DNA of 17,090 nucleotides from Ginkgo biloba (GCA_024626585.2 JANKJI020000002.1:73927479-73944568); one strand, 5' to 3'. Counted from the stretch's first letter, positions 1 to 10,384 are shown. The notes: generated by a model not told the origin, from the sequence alone. Program-made: numbers and translations.

Positions 1-234
1 AACCATAGGAATCAATTCATTGTAGGACAACGGAGGTGGCATAGATTTCCTATCACAATTCTCAAAGTTCCAAGAGGGGAATATTAAATTAAGTAACAAG
101 CCAGCCTACAATTTTCAGCCAATTGAGGAAACGATGTATAAAGAGTCTCCTATGTTGACTGCCAATGGGGAGCAATTGGGAACCAACATTAATTCAAGTT
201 GCATTAAAGATATTCAAGGAAAATAAGGATGAAT

Positions 235-990
235 TCACATGAAATTATCAAGATCTCAAATGCATACCAAGAGAACTATGTAAGCACCATATAGAACTAC
301 TTCACAATGCTAGACCAATGAGGCGATGACTATACAATGCTAATCCCAAGTGTATTGCACAAATACTCACAAAGATCGAATAGATGTTGGAAATAGGGAT
401 TATTTTCAAAGTACGAGTGAATGGGCTTCCCCAATTGTGGTTTCAAGCAAGCAAACCCATTTCCATTAACATTCATGGACATGGTCAGTGACCATGAGAT
501 TTAATAATTTTTGGACGAATTCTCCAGCTATAATCAAATAAGCATAGCGGAGGAAGTCCGCACAAAAACAACTTTTATGACTAAGTTTGGAATTTTTGCA
601 TATAATAAAATGCCCTCCGACTTGCGCAAAGCACCGACGATGTTTCAATGGATTATTATGCAATTCTTTGACAAATTAGCAACAAGGAAAATCCAAGATT
701 TCCTAGATGATTGGGTAGTGTATGGCAGTAAATAGAGTCGTCTCCAAGCCATACAAGAATGTATGGAGATATGTAGGAAAGCATCGCTAGCACTCAATCA
801 TGTAAAATGCCAATTATTGATGCCTAGTGGAAAACTATAAGGACATGTCGTCTGCAAGGAAGGCTTAAAAGTTGACCCAAACAAAATCAAGGTCATTCTG
901 GAAATTGCACCACCAACTAATCCTGATGGCATCTAAGTATTCCTAGGGCATGCACGTTACAATTGAAGATTTATAAAAAAAATTAAAATT
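235..990 (+). pseudogene. Reverse transcriptase domain remnant
   Basis: ORF 511-735 (LDEFSSYNQI...KTTFMTKFGIFAYNKMP...APTMFQ...FLDDW) has the catalytic xxDD as FLDD, followed by L*GHVVCKEGLKVDPNKIKVI and FLGHARYN*RFIK. The RICVDYRxLN block between SPIVV and PFPL is deleted. Confidence 0.93.
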
Positions 991-1082
991 TGCAAAAATT
1001 GCAACTTCAACACAACATACCCTTCCAATGGTGGCAAGAACAACAAATTGCCTTTGAGGAACTCAAGCAGTGATTGGCCTCA

Positions 1083-1490
1083 GCCCTAATATTGGTTTTT
1101 CTAGATTGGAGCAATGAGTTCCATGTCCATGTGGACACTTCAAGCATGATGATTGATTGTGCCTTAGCACAAGAAGGCAAGCACAGATTGGACTAACCCA
1201 TTTATTTTGCAAGTTGCAAGCTAATCCCAACGTAACAAAATTAGAGTACTACAGAGCAAGGAGGACTACGTATGGTGTATGCATTTCAAAAAAATTGCCA
1301 TTACCTACTAGCAAATACATTTGTCTTTTTTGTGGATTACCAGGCACTATTGTACATGATCAATAAACCACTGATCCAAGGTAGAATCAGTGGATGCCTT
1401 CTGTTATTCCACGAATTTAATTTTCAAATAATGGTGAGACCTCAAAAGCAACATGTGGCTATAGACCATTTCTCTTGAATTCAATCAGGA
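1083..1490 (+). pseudogene. Ty3/gypsy-type RNase H remnant
   Basis: FHVHVDTS, PIYFAS, MVYAFQKNCHYLLANTFVFFVDYQALLYMINKP...GRI...LLLFHEFNFQIMVRP..QHVAIDHFS*I (ORF 1272-1478). Confidence 0.92.
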
Positions 1491-1699
1491 GAATCCACTA
1501 CAAGGGAATTGGATGAATTTTCAGATGCCTAGCTATTTGCCATTGCAACAATTCCAGAATGGTACAAGAGTATGGTTGATTATTTGTCTACTAGAACATT
1601 TCCTAAAGACATGCCCATAACAAAACAAAGAGAAACTGCCCGAAAAGCACATCCATTCCAATTAAATGTAGGATTTATGTATAAAATGGGACCAAATCA

Positions 1700-2494
1700 G
1701 ATCTTACAATGATGTGTTATGCCAAATGAAGTACTGAATACCCTCTGCAAATCCCATGCGAGCCCTACTAGGGGACACATGGGACTAACTGCCACAACCC
1801 AAAAAAAAATTATTGCTAAGTTTATGGTCGCCCTCTCTTTTCAGTGATGCAAAAGAATTTGTGGATCAGTGTGATATCTGTCAATGGATGGGAAGACCTC
1901 TTCACACTAATTAGATACCATTGCATACAAAACTTCCCCAAGAGGATTTTGAGCAATGGGGGCTGGACTTTGTTGGTCCATTCAAGCATTTTTTGCATCC
2001 AGGGAGGTGCTACTATATTATCATAGCCAATTGACCAAATGGGTAGAGGTTCGTTGTCTTCGTGATAAGTCAACATAAAGTATTACCAATTTTTTGTACG
2101 AAGATATTATCATTCGGTTTGTATGCCCTCTACAAATAGTAAGTGATCGAGAACGTCATTTTGTCAATCCAATTATCTAGCATTCAATTAGAATCTTCCA
2201 TCATAAATCAAGTCCATCCAATAAAATTTTGGTTACGATGCTCTATAAAAGTTACAGTATCAAAATTCACAAATGGATAATATATTTAGCATCAGTGCTA
2301 TGGGCATTACATACTGCATATAAATCTACCACTAGACAAACTTTGTTCCAACCAATGTACGGAACAAAAGTTAATGTCCATTTGGAATTTACAATTCGAA
2401 GTCTTCATGTTGCAATTGCCCATTGATTGAATGATAGATGATAGCCTGCAACAGCGACTATAACAGTTTGTCAAAACTAGATGATAAGCAACAT
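1700..2494 (+). pseudogene. Integrase remnant, copy 1, C-terminally truncated
   Basis: H...GH (1755-1778), CDICQ (~1870-1884), WGLDFVGP, LTKWVEV, FLYEDIIIRF...IVSD, LWALHTAYK. The YYP..NGQAE segment carrying the catalytic E is deleted near 2215 relative to copy 2. Confidence 0.93.
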
Positions 2495-2793
2495 GCCCCT
2501 CTCAGGTGCTTAGGCAACATGTATTTTGGAGACAATTTCTGGGAGATCATAGCCGAAATAGATAATATGCAAAGTTGTTAAATACAAAGGACATCAATAG
2601 ACTAGGAAGCTTCATATTGGAAATTTAAGGGCATAGAAAGTCACTACTAAGCTCATGAATCTTGTAAAGCCCTGCTAGAGCTACTTTGGCCTCAGTGGAC
2701 AATCAATAATTTCACTTCATTTCATTCCATTTTATGAGGACAAAAGTCACTAGAATATGAAGCAGATAATTGTAAACCATATATAATAATCTG

Positions 2794-2910
2794 ACACCAT
2801 AGAAGATGCACATAATACATCGATAACATGCAATACCATAGAAGATGCACATAATACAACGATAACATTCAACACCATAGAATATGTACATAATACAATA
2901 ATAACAAGTA
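2794..2910. repeat. 39-bp minisatellite, 3 copies plus a partial copy
   Basis: Units of ACACCATAGAAGATGCACATAATACATCGATAACATGCA start at 2794, 2833 and 2872. Confidence 0.9.
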
Positions 2911-4410
2911 ATATCATATAGTGGACTGCATTGGCATACAACAAAATATTATAATAGCTTTTAAAAAATACAAGCACCTCTGTAAAATAGCCCACTACTC
3001 CAAAGCCAATGCTGATTGCAAATAAACATCAGGCAGGTATTTCTAATCCCAACCAGCTCAATTGACCTTCATGTAGAGTGACGATATTATTTGATATAAC
3101 TTCGGATCAATCCCAGCTCAACTTCCCCTAGGACTTCAACACAAATCCTTAGACAACTCCTAGCTTCTAGGGTACACATAACAGGTCAATTGCAATCACA
3201 AATATATCTTCCGAACTGTAAGGATGTGCCAATTTGTAATTAAACATATAACCATAATTCCTCTTTGCACAATGCCCTATAGACGCCTAAAATACAGTCT
3301 AATCCCCACAAATAACAAATTATATAGAATTANNNNNNNNNNNNNNNNNNNNNNNNNNNNNNNNNNNNNNNNNNNNNNNNNNNNNNNNNNNNNNNNNNNN
3401 NNNNNNNNNNNNNNNNNNTGTGATGGAAATCTACATGCTAACTCCTCTTGCATCTGCTTGGAAGTTGTGGGTGCATATGTGATCTTCAATGTGTTCTCTG
3501 TGAAATTGCTTACTGCGCCAACCAAGATGCCATGTGTAAATGTCAGATACATGTGGCGTAACTCACTTGTTTTCCTAGAACTGTTGTTCCTTGTGGGTCT
3601 GGCCCAAGATGCTCTGGTCAATTCCCTGTTGTTTCCATACTTGTAATGAAGTATTGTTGAATCATTTTTGTCGTTGAATGACCCATGCAAGTATAACTTG
3701 TACATTCACTAATTGACATATTTCAAGTATGCTAGTCGACATATCTTGCTGATGCTCGTGGAACAAAATAGTCCTTGTACTTGATAAATCAACAGATGGA
3801 GTCCCAAGAAAGTGATAATGCATTAAGGCCATATGATGCGAAGAAATATGACATGTCAAAGCAACTAGGCACATGAACTACATGTTCTCTCTCATAGTAA
3901 TTTTACCANNNNNNNNNNNNNNNNNNNNNNNNNNNNNNNNNNAAGGTCCAAGCAAGAAACAATGAATTATTGGTTACCCCATCCTATCATCAACTAACAA
4001 TTGTGTATCCAAAGTTATGGTGCTTGTATTCCCTTGGGATTCTCTATCCAAAGCTCATTTCCTTTTATCAATGTTGGCAGTAGGAATCCATAGTTTGCTC
4101 AACACTTTATTATCCATGTATTTTCTTAGTTTTGTTTGCTCTTCAAGGAGTTTATTTGTCTGAAGTCCCCAGTGATTCAATTAGCATGTGGTGTCCTTAA
4201 TTCACCTGCATTTTAGCCTCTGATGATTCTCACTATGGACATATGCAAGTGCTTTAACTCTATCATTCTTTATTTCTTCAACTTTGTCTTACATAGCAAA
4301 TGTCTCGTGCNNNNNNNNNNNNNNNNNNNNNNNNNNNNNNNNNNNNNNNNNNNNNNNNNNNNNNNNNNNNNNNNNNNNNNNNNNNNNNNNNNNNNNNNNN
4401 NNNNNNNNNN

Positions 4411-5190
4411 ACATTATCGTCACCCTTGAATATTTGACCAAATGAGTAGAGGCTCGAGCTCTTCTTGATAATTCAGCACAAAGTACTACCAATTTTTGTA
4501 CGAAGATATTATCATTCGGTTTGGATACCCTCTAAAAATAATAAATGACCAAGGAGGTCCTTTTGTCAATTAGATTATCAAGCATTTAATGACAAAATTT
4601 AGAATCTTACATCTTAAATCAAGACCATATTACCCTCATGTGAATAGACAAGCAGAAGCTTCCAATAAAATCTTGGTTGTGATGCTTTCTAAAAGTTGAG
4701 GAACAAAAAATACAAACAGACAAAATATTTACCACTAGTGCTATGGGCATTATGTACCACATATAAAATTGCCATAGGACAAACCCCGTTCCAACTAATG
4801 TACAGAACAGAGGCTATGGTCCCTTTCAAATTTACAATTCCAAGTCTTCGTGTTGCAGTTGCCCATCAATTGAATGATGATAATAATCTACAACAATGGT
4901 TATAACTAGATGAGCGACATTTATAGGCACAATGGACAAGACAAGTTATTCAACAATGGAAGAAGACCTGGCACAACAAGCAATTGAAACACAAAGACTT
5001 GAGGGTAGGGGATTGGGTTTTAAATTATGATCATAAGAATACAATAAAACCAAAGAAATTGAAAATACGATGGTGGGGTCCTTTTCAAGTTCACAGAGTA
5101 TATGATAATGGTATGGTTCAGTTGGAAAATCTTAATGGTTCCTAGTTGCAATCATGAGTTGTTAATGGCTCCAAATTAAAATTTAAAAGT
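4411..5190 (+). pseudogene. pol: Ty3/gypsy integrase remnant, copy 2 (core plus C-terminal GPF region, no chromodomain)
   Basis: EYLTK*VEA, LYEDIIIRFGYPLKIINDQG, SRPYYPHVNRQAEASNKIL, LWALCTTYKIAIGQTPFQLMY, WWGPFQVHRVYDNG, VNGSKLKF. Alignable to ~2030-2494; about 78% identity over a ~143-nt block counted by hand. Confidence 0.94.
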
Positions 5191-5300
5191 GACCTCCTAA
5201 TGAAGAACTGCATGTACACTATACTTGTCCGGATGATTTTTACCAATAGCATCGTTGCCCATGTATTAAAGGATCTCTATCATTAAGTAATAATGTCCTT

Positions 5301-5626
5301 TGATCATCAACATTATTTGAATATTGTACGAGCAGCAACAAGACGACATGCAACAAAAGGCCAAGGTATGTTAGATGAATGCGTGAAGCGTTGACAACAG
5401 TTCAAGGATTAGTAGTACCCAACAATGACGAATCAACGAGATGACTTTCAATGGTTGCACAACTGATCATCAACATTATTTGAATATTGTACGAGAAGCA
5501 ACAAGACGACATGCAACAAAAGGCCAAGGTATGTTAGATGAATGCGTGAATCGTTGACAACAGTTCAAGGATTAGTAGTACCCAACAATGATGAATCAAC
5601 GAGATGACTTTCAGTGGTTGCACAAC
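5301..5626. repeat. 163-bp tandem duplication (2 copies, 4 mismatches)
   Basis: 5301-5463 and 5464-5626 both run TGATCATCAACATT...GGTTGCACAAC. Confidence 0.97.
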
Positions 5627-6149
5627 TATCGTACACAACGACTGAACTGCCTAACGATAGCGAGACGACACTTTGACAAACAAAAATTGGACAGTTGCTT
5701 GCCTACTATTGAAGGATAGTTGCCTGACAGTAACGAACAACCACCTAACGTGCAGTCACCCATTCAAGGTCAGATGAACACCAAGCCCGACAACAATTGC
5801 GTTGCAACATAACAAGCATCGATCAATCCCCAGACGATGTGCATGAATAAGAAAAACAAGCAATTGTCCATTTGCTCAACAAGGGTCACATGATGATTAT
5901 TCTGTAATTGCCTAAGATAGCGGCTTGATGGGTGGGTGCACAACATGCGATCCAAACTATCAATTCTACAAACCATGCAAAAGGCTTCATACTTATTTGG
6001 AAAAAGGCAAGGGCGTGTGGTAATGGATTAGATGCCAATTTTTTAATTTAGTTCCTTTGCATGTTGAAGTTATCAAATTACTTGTTGCATGTACATTGCA
6101 AATTAGATTCTTACTTAGTTTGTTATTTTCATTCCAATACAAAAAAGTA

Positions 6150-6201
6150 GGACGTGCAAGCAACCTTATATAAATAAGGGAGGTGTGCCATTCTCACATC
6201 A
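6150..6201 (+). promoter_or_regulatory. Putative internal Pol II core promoter upstream of the extra ORF
   Basis: TATATAAATA at 6167-6176, initiator-like CTCACATCA ~25-30 nt downstream, GACGTG at 6151 and a CCAAT at ~6035. Confidence 0.45.
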
Positions 6202-6319
6202 CATATTGAAAGGATTACTTGCAAGTGATGCAAGCAAGGAGCTCAAAAATTGGTTCAACAAAGTAAAGGAAGATATATTCTGTGGCACTTATTTCGAGCT
6301 CGTGTGCATTCCTATAGTT

Positions 6320-7215
6320 ATGATGTCAAGATTTCACCCAAGGGTGGCCAAGGAGCATGGGGGGGCATCTACACCAACTACACAAGCCACATGTAAATTG
6401 ATACATTGTGGACTATCCACCCATGCAGGAATGGTGGTCGTTGTGGCCAGATGAGCACACTATTCGACATGCACTGGAAAAAGTAGGAGTGGACCATTGC
6501 ATTGACTTTGTGATACTACCCAAGGATATGGCCATGCTAGAGGAGGTGCTCGAATTCTATGAAAATCATCAAAAGGTCATTGTCACTCCATGTGGATGCA
6601 TTATGATGGAACCAACAAACTTTAGGTTGTTGTTCGCATTACCGACAGGAGGGGAAGCTATCATTAAGCCAACCCAACAACTGACCAAGATAGCTACACA
6701 AACACTATGAAAGTATTGTATCTTTTAGGTAATGCCCACAAGTTTGAAGATTGGGGTTTGAAGCTTGAAGCCCTCAAAAAAGATGTATATTGATTTGTCA
6801 TAAGTTTGATTTGTTGCAGACTGGTGGGTGAACAATGTTGTAATGATCTTCCCTTTTGGATGGTACCTTAAAGGGAAGTCTTGTTGGGAAAAGATATAAT
6901 TGGGCAACCTATCTCTCACAGCAAACAAAGGAAGCACTTGAGTGAGTATCCACACGACAACAATTGGGCTTCAATTTGACTTTATATTTATTTGGGTTGT
7001 GTTATGATGCTCTTTGGGTGGCAACACTTATAGGGGCAAGAGCCATGACCCAAAAGGAGAGAGGAGGATTTACAAAACCGCCCAAATGCACCAATAGTAT
7101 AGAAGAAGCAACAACGACTGGTGTTATTAGAAGATGAGGAGGAAGAGAATAATGGGCAAGATTCCCACACATCAGACAAGGCAGAATCAATCCAAGAAAT
7201 TGGCTCCAAATGATC
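6320..7215 (+). pseudogene. Decayed additional 3' ORF of the gypsy element (env-like position; motif order resembles Athila/SIRE extra ORFs and the plant mobile domain)
   Basis: ORF 6408-6710 ...LEEVLEFYEN...IMMEPTNFRLLFALPTGG; after frameshifts GLKLEALKK (6755-6781), GKRYNWATYLSQQ (6886-6924) and GFNLTLYLFGLCYDALWV, then an acidic tail LEDEEEENNG. Family assignment is inferred from motif spacing. Confidence 0.6.
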
Positions 7216-7315
7216 NNNNNNNNNNNNNNNNNNNNNNNNNNNNNNNNNNNNNNNNNNNNNNNNNNNNNNNNNNNNNNNNNNNNNNNNNNNNNNNNNNNNN
7301 NNNNNNNNNNNNNNN

Positions 7316-8440
7316 TTCAATTATGAATACCAAGTCACCTCACTCTCTTATGCAATATTATGTGTGTTTGCAAATCTAACTATCTAGTTTTGGCAAGTTT
7401 TTAGTAAGGCCAAGCTATTACAAAGAAGCCTACGAAGTAACCAAACTGAATTGGTGTTTCATACAATTCATCATTTACAATGATGAACATAAGAAACTAT
7501 TCGAAGCCTCTACTTTTTAACATTTTAATGAGGTCTTAAATGATTTCAATACGACATCATCAAAATACACAACTGATAACGAGATTACCAAAGAGGATGT
7601 TGAACTAACAAGCATACTAAAAGATACTGGCATGCCAAGATTTGGTCATACAACTACAGATTACTCAAGCACACAACACATTCAAAGATGTACCAAAATA
7701 TGGACGATTGCCCACCATGGGCACATCATAATGGAGTTTGCCTTAGGTTTCAAAAAGAGGAAGCCCTCAAATGGTATCTTGCACACATTGACTAATGTGA
7801 CAATTCAACGAAGATGTGTCATTGCTTTTGACATTAAATTTCAATTAACAAACTACAACTATTGCCATTCAACAAAAGTATTCTACCAAAGACACACACC
7901 CAACATTGCAAGTTAACATGGCAATAAATTAGTCTAATTCAAATGTCATGGGCTTACCAATAGACTAAGTTATTCCTCCAAAAAAATAAAATAATGGTCT
8001 AAGCACTAAGAAGCAACTAGCACAACATGTTGATTAGAAATTAGGGCTAACTTTTGCAAAGCCTTCGCAACTAAAGCAAGTACACCAATAGCTCATGCAA
8101 CAATAGAAAATTTATAGGAATTCCCCATTCCAACCTTCCATTGTTTTAGCATGTCCATGGAAGATGATATCTACTCTAAAAACAAGCAATGCCCAAAACT
8201 AGAACCATTACTAGACGCCAACAAAGGAACTTGATGTCAAACCACAAGACTAGTATTTAGGGAGTATTCTACAAAATCTATGAAGAATGCAGTGATTAAA
8301 AATGAAGGCATACAAGCATAAAGGATGGACAATTTATCCATTACAAAGAACTCAAAATTTCTAAATCAACATCAATACAAAACAACATCCCAAAAATAAT
8401 CACTTCTTAAGACTCTTAGGATATCATAATTATGACCCAG
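7316..8440 (+). pseudogene. Highly decayed gag and pre-RT linker of a second gypsy family
   Basis: FALGFK/EEALKWYL (~7738-7780) resembles the gag F..L...A..W motif. The region is A-rich and contiguous with recognisable pol at 8447. No protease motif was recognised. Confidence 0.4.
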
Positions 8441-8446
8441 GCTACA

Positions 8447-9158
8447 ACTTATTTTTAGACTTTCAAGATGTGCTTGCATGGCCATACAAAGACCTCAAAG
8501 GCATACCACAAGAAATAAGCAAACACTATAACAAACTCATCAAAGGCACCACGCCAATGCAACAACAATCATAATGAATCAATCCAAAATTTAAAGAGCA
8601 AGTAAAAGAGGAAGCCATCGATGTCTTTCAGGATTTCCCATATATAGAATTATGCCATGTTACAACAATTCCAAACTAGATTAGTGGCATTCTTAAACAC
8701 CTCGCCTCAAGATAAATGTCGCTTGGACCTAAATAAAACAAAGCATTGCAACCTAGGTTGATCCAAACCATACCAACATATAGAAGGGGCAGTATATAAG
8801 ATAAGAACTGACAACATCAATGTGTAGTAGAACATGAAATCCTAATAATCATACAAGTGCACAACAAGATCTCTTAAAAGGCATGTTGTTGACGACAACA
8901 TTGCCCAAAATAATATTATTAGTTGATTTATAGGGGCTTACCTTATTTCACAACACTGATAAAGCAAAAAAACTATGACATTTACCAATGATTAGGCAAC
9001 CTTGCAACATTCATCGTTAGCCATTACATCTAGTCGTCACCCAAGCACCGTTCAAGAAATGGGACATGGGCTTTATCTAGCATTCAACCCAGTTTCCTAT
9101 CATACTCAAGCGCCTTACATCTTCATCAAAACTAACATAGAAAGAAAAAGGGTCAAAA
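8447..9158 (+). pseudogene. pol: Gypsy pol remnant with RT and RNase H deleted; pre-RT segment fused to the integrase N-terminal half
   Basis: LFLDFQDVLAWPYKDLKGIPQEISKH..KL...TTPMQQQ...INPKFKEQVKEE joins at ~8613 to DFPYIELCHVTTIP, then VYKIRTDN..CVVEHEI, PLHLVVTQAPFKKWDMGFI and YIFIKTN..KRVK. Confidence 0.85.
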
Positions 9159-10378
9159 TGTGACCCCTCTCCCATTANNNNNNNNNNNNNNNNNNNNNNN
9201 NNNNNNNNNNNNNNNNNNNNNNNNNNNNNNNNNNNNNNNNNNNNNNNNNNNNNNNNNNNNNNNNNNNNNNNNNNNNNGAAATCATGACTTTTGGGATCCG
9301 AAATGGATCACATTGGGATTATATCAATTAGTATCATAACACTCAATGATTAGACTCTAAATTATTGTCTAATTATTCAACCTCTATGTTATCTATGCTT
9401 ATCTCATCAACCTCTGATTTGACTATACTAAGTCATAATCAGATAGTTCTAAAATAGGCCATTTTGAGCCCTAGGCCATGTGGAACATTGTAAGGTCTAT
9501 ACTCAATAAATTTTCTCATTCTTATAGCCTCCCATAGGCAAGGTGATCTCATTTGAGGTATATCATAGTGCACTAGAGATCATGTTTATTATTTCACTTG
9601 CACTATTTCTTCCCATAATTGATCTCAAACCATGAACCACCCATAATTTTCTACACTATTTTAGACCATTTTTCATGCTTGTTTGGCCTCCTTGAGTTAG
9701 GGAAACCTCCCCATATTGTCTTTATTAACTGAGACACCCTCATACTCTTCCTATGTATTTTATAACCTCCTAGTGACCCCAAACTCTATTGTGATTGAAA
9801 AATAAATCCTCTACTGCTCATTGTGATATGTTTTTCAAGTTGTGGCATCTTTAAGCGAATTGGTCCATGTTGGTTGTTGTCCAAATGAACCTCCCACTAT
9901 GTCTTTGACCTCCCACTATATATATAATCTTTTAGAGACCTCATGCACACTACACGAACTTCGTGAGTGTAGCGTAAGTCATTGTGACTAAATGATGACT
10001 CATTTGTATATTTTTACACATATATATTTTTTTTCTAAGCCCTAAGTTTAAAACTTAGGCACCTTTTAATTTTTTTTAATCCCTTGACCATTGGAGATAA
10101 TCCCACGTGATCGTGGCATAACTTGTATAGAGTTCTTAAGTCACTTTGAACTCTTTATTATATTTTTTAATCTTATTGAGATCTTAAGAGATCATTTAAT
10201 GGCTTGAGAGTGATTTTTCATTGAGTAATTATTCATTTTTCTACTTCTAAGATCCAAAACCTTCTTCTCTTATTTATTTAATGCCCTATTTGTTATAAGT
10301 TCTTACTTAAGTAGAGAGGACATGGATTTTTTCTTATTAGGATAGAAGGGGTGTTGAAAGGTCCCCAAACCTTTTACA
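9159..10378 (-). mobile_element. LTR-like insertion within integrase, probably minus orientation; spans a 100-N gap
   Basis: Integrase homology stops at 9158 and resumes at ~10385. The intervening non-coding block has TG...CA ends (minus strand TGTAAAAGG...GGGGTCACA) and a minus-strand TATATATAG...GGTTCATTTGG core promoter (9926 to ~9881). There is no matching TSD. Confidence 0.55.
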
Positions 10379-10384
10379 GCTCTA

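Larger units (their letters stand above)
1..2494 (+). mobile_element. pol: Degenerate Ty3/gypsy LTR-retrotransposon pol (pre-RT linker, RT, RNase H, integrase), non-chromovirus type; many stops, frameshifts and deletions
   Basis: Domain order RT-RH-INT is diagnostic of Ty3/gypsy. Motifs across frames: FT*NYQDLKCIPRELCKHHIEL (~235-300), SEWASPIVV (~416-442), PFPLTFMD, LDEFSSYNQI (511-540), FLDD (700-711), APILVFLDWSNEFHVHVDTS (~1083-1142), HHCC zinc finger and WGLDFVGP (1957-1980). Confidence 0.95.

Noticed and set aside
466-2076. Short minus-strand and off-frame ORFs (466-663, 1157-1366, 1822-2076, 1844-2026)
   Set aside because: Shadow frames of the pol relic with no independent coding signal.
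2488-2521. GCAACATG direct repeat at the integrase breakpoint as a TSD
   Set aside because: It flanks only 18 bp with no terminal repeats; more likely repair filler or chance.
2794-2910. CRISPR-like or retron/msDNA-like reading of the repeats next to an RT
   Set aside because: The units are head-to-tail with no unique spacers, there are no cas genes, and the RT is a eukaryotic gypsy RT with RNase H and integrase.
3419-3908. Overlapping ORFs on both strands between two gaps
   Set aside because: No recognisable motif in the frames read; left unassigned.
5190-5300. Chromodomain or Tat-type extra RNase H
   Set aside because: Integrase ends at NGSKLKF with no chromodomain motif, and RNase H runs directly into the integrase linker in 1490-1750.
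6007-6018. 12-mer GCAAGGGCGTGT shared with 15247-15258, both upstream of TATA-like motifs
   Set aside because: Several 12-mer matches are expected by chance in ~15 kb.
10341-10360. GATAGAAGGGG|TGTTGAAAG as a PPT plus start of a + strand LTR
   Set aside because: Integrase homology resumes only ~35 bp later, leaving no room for an LTR.
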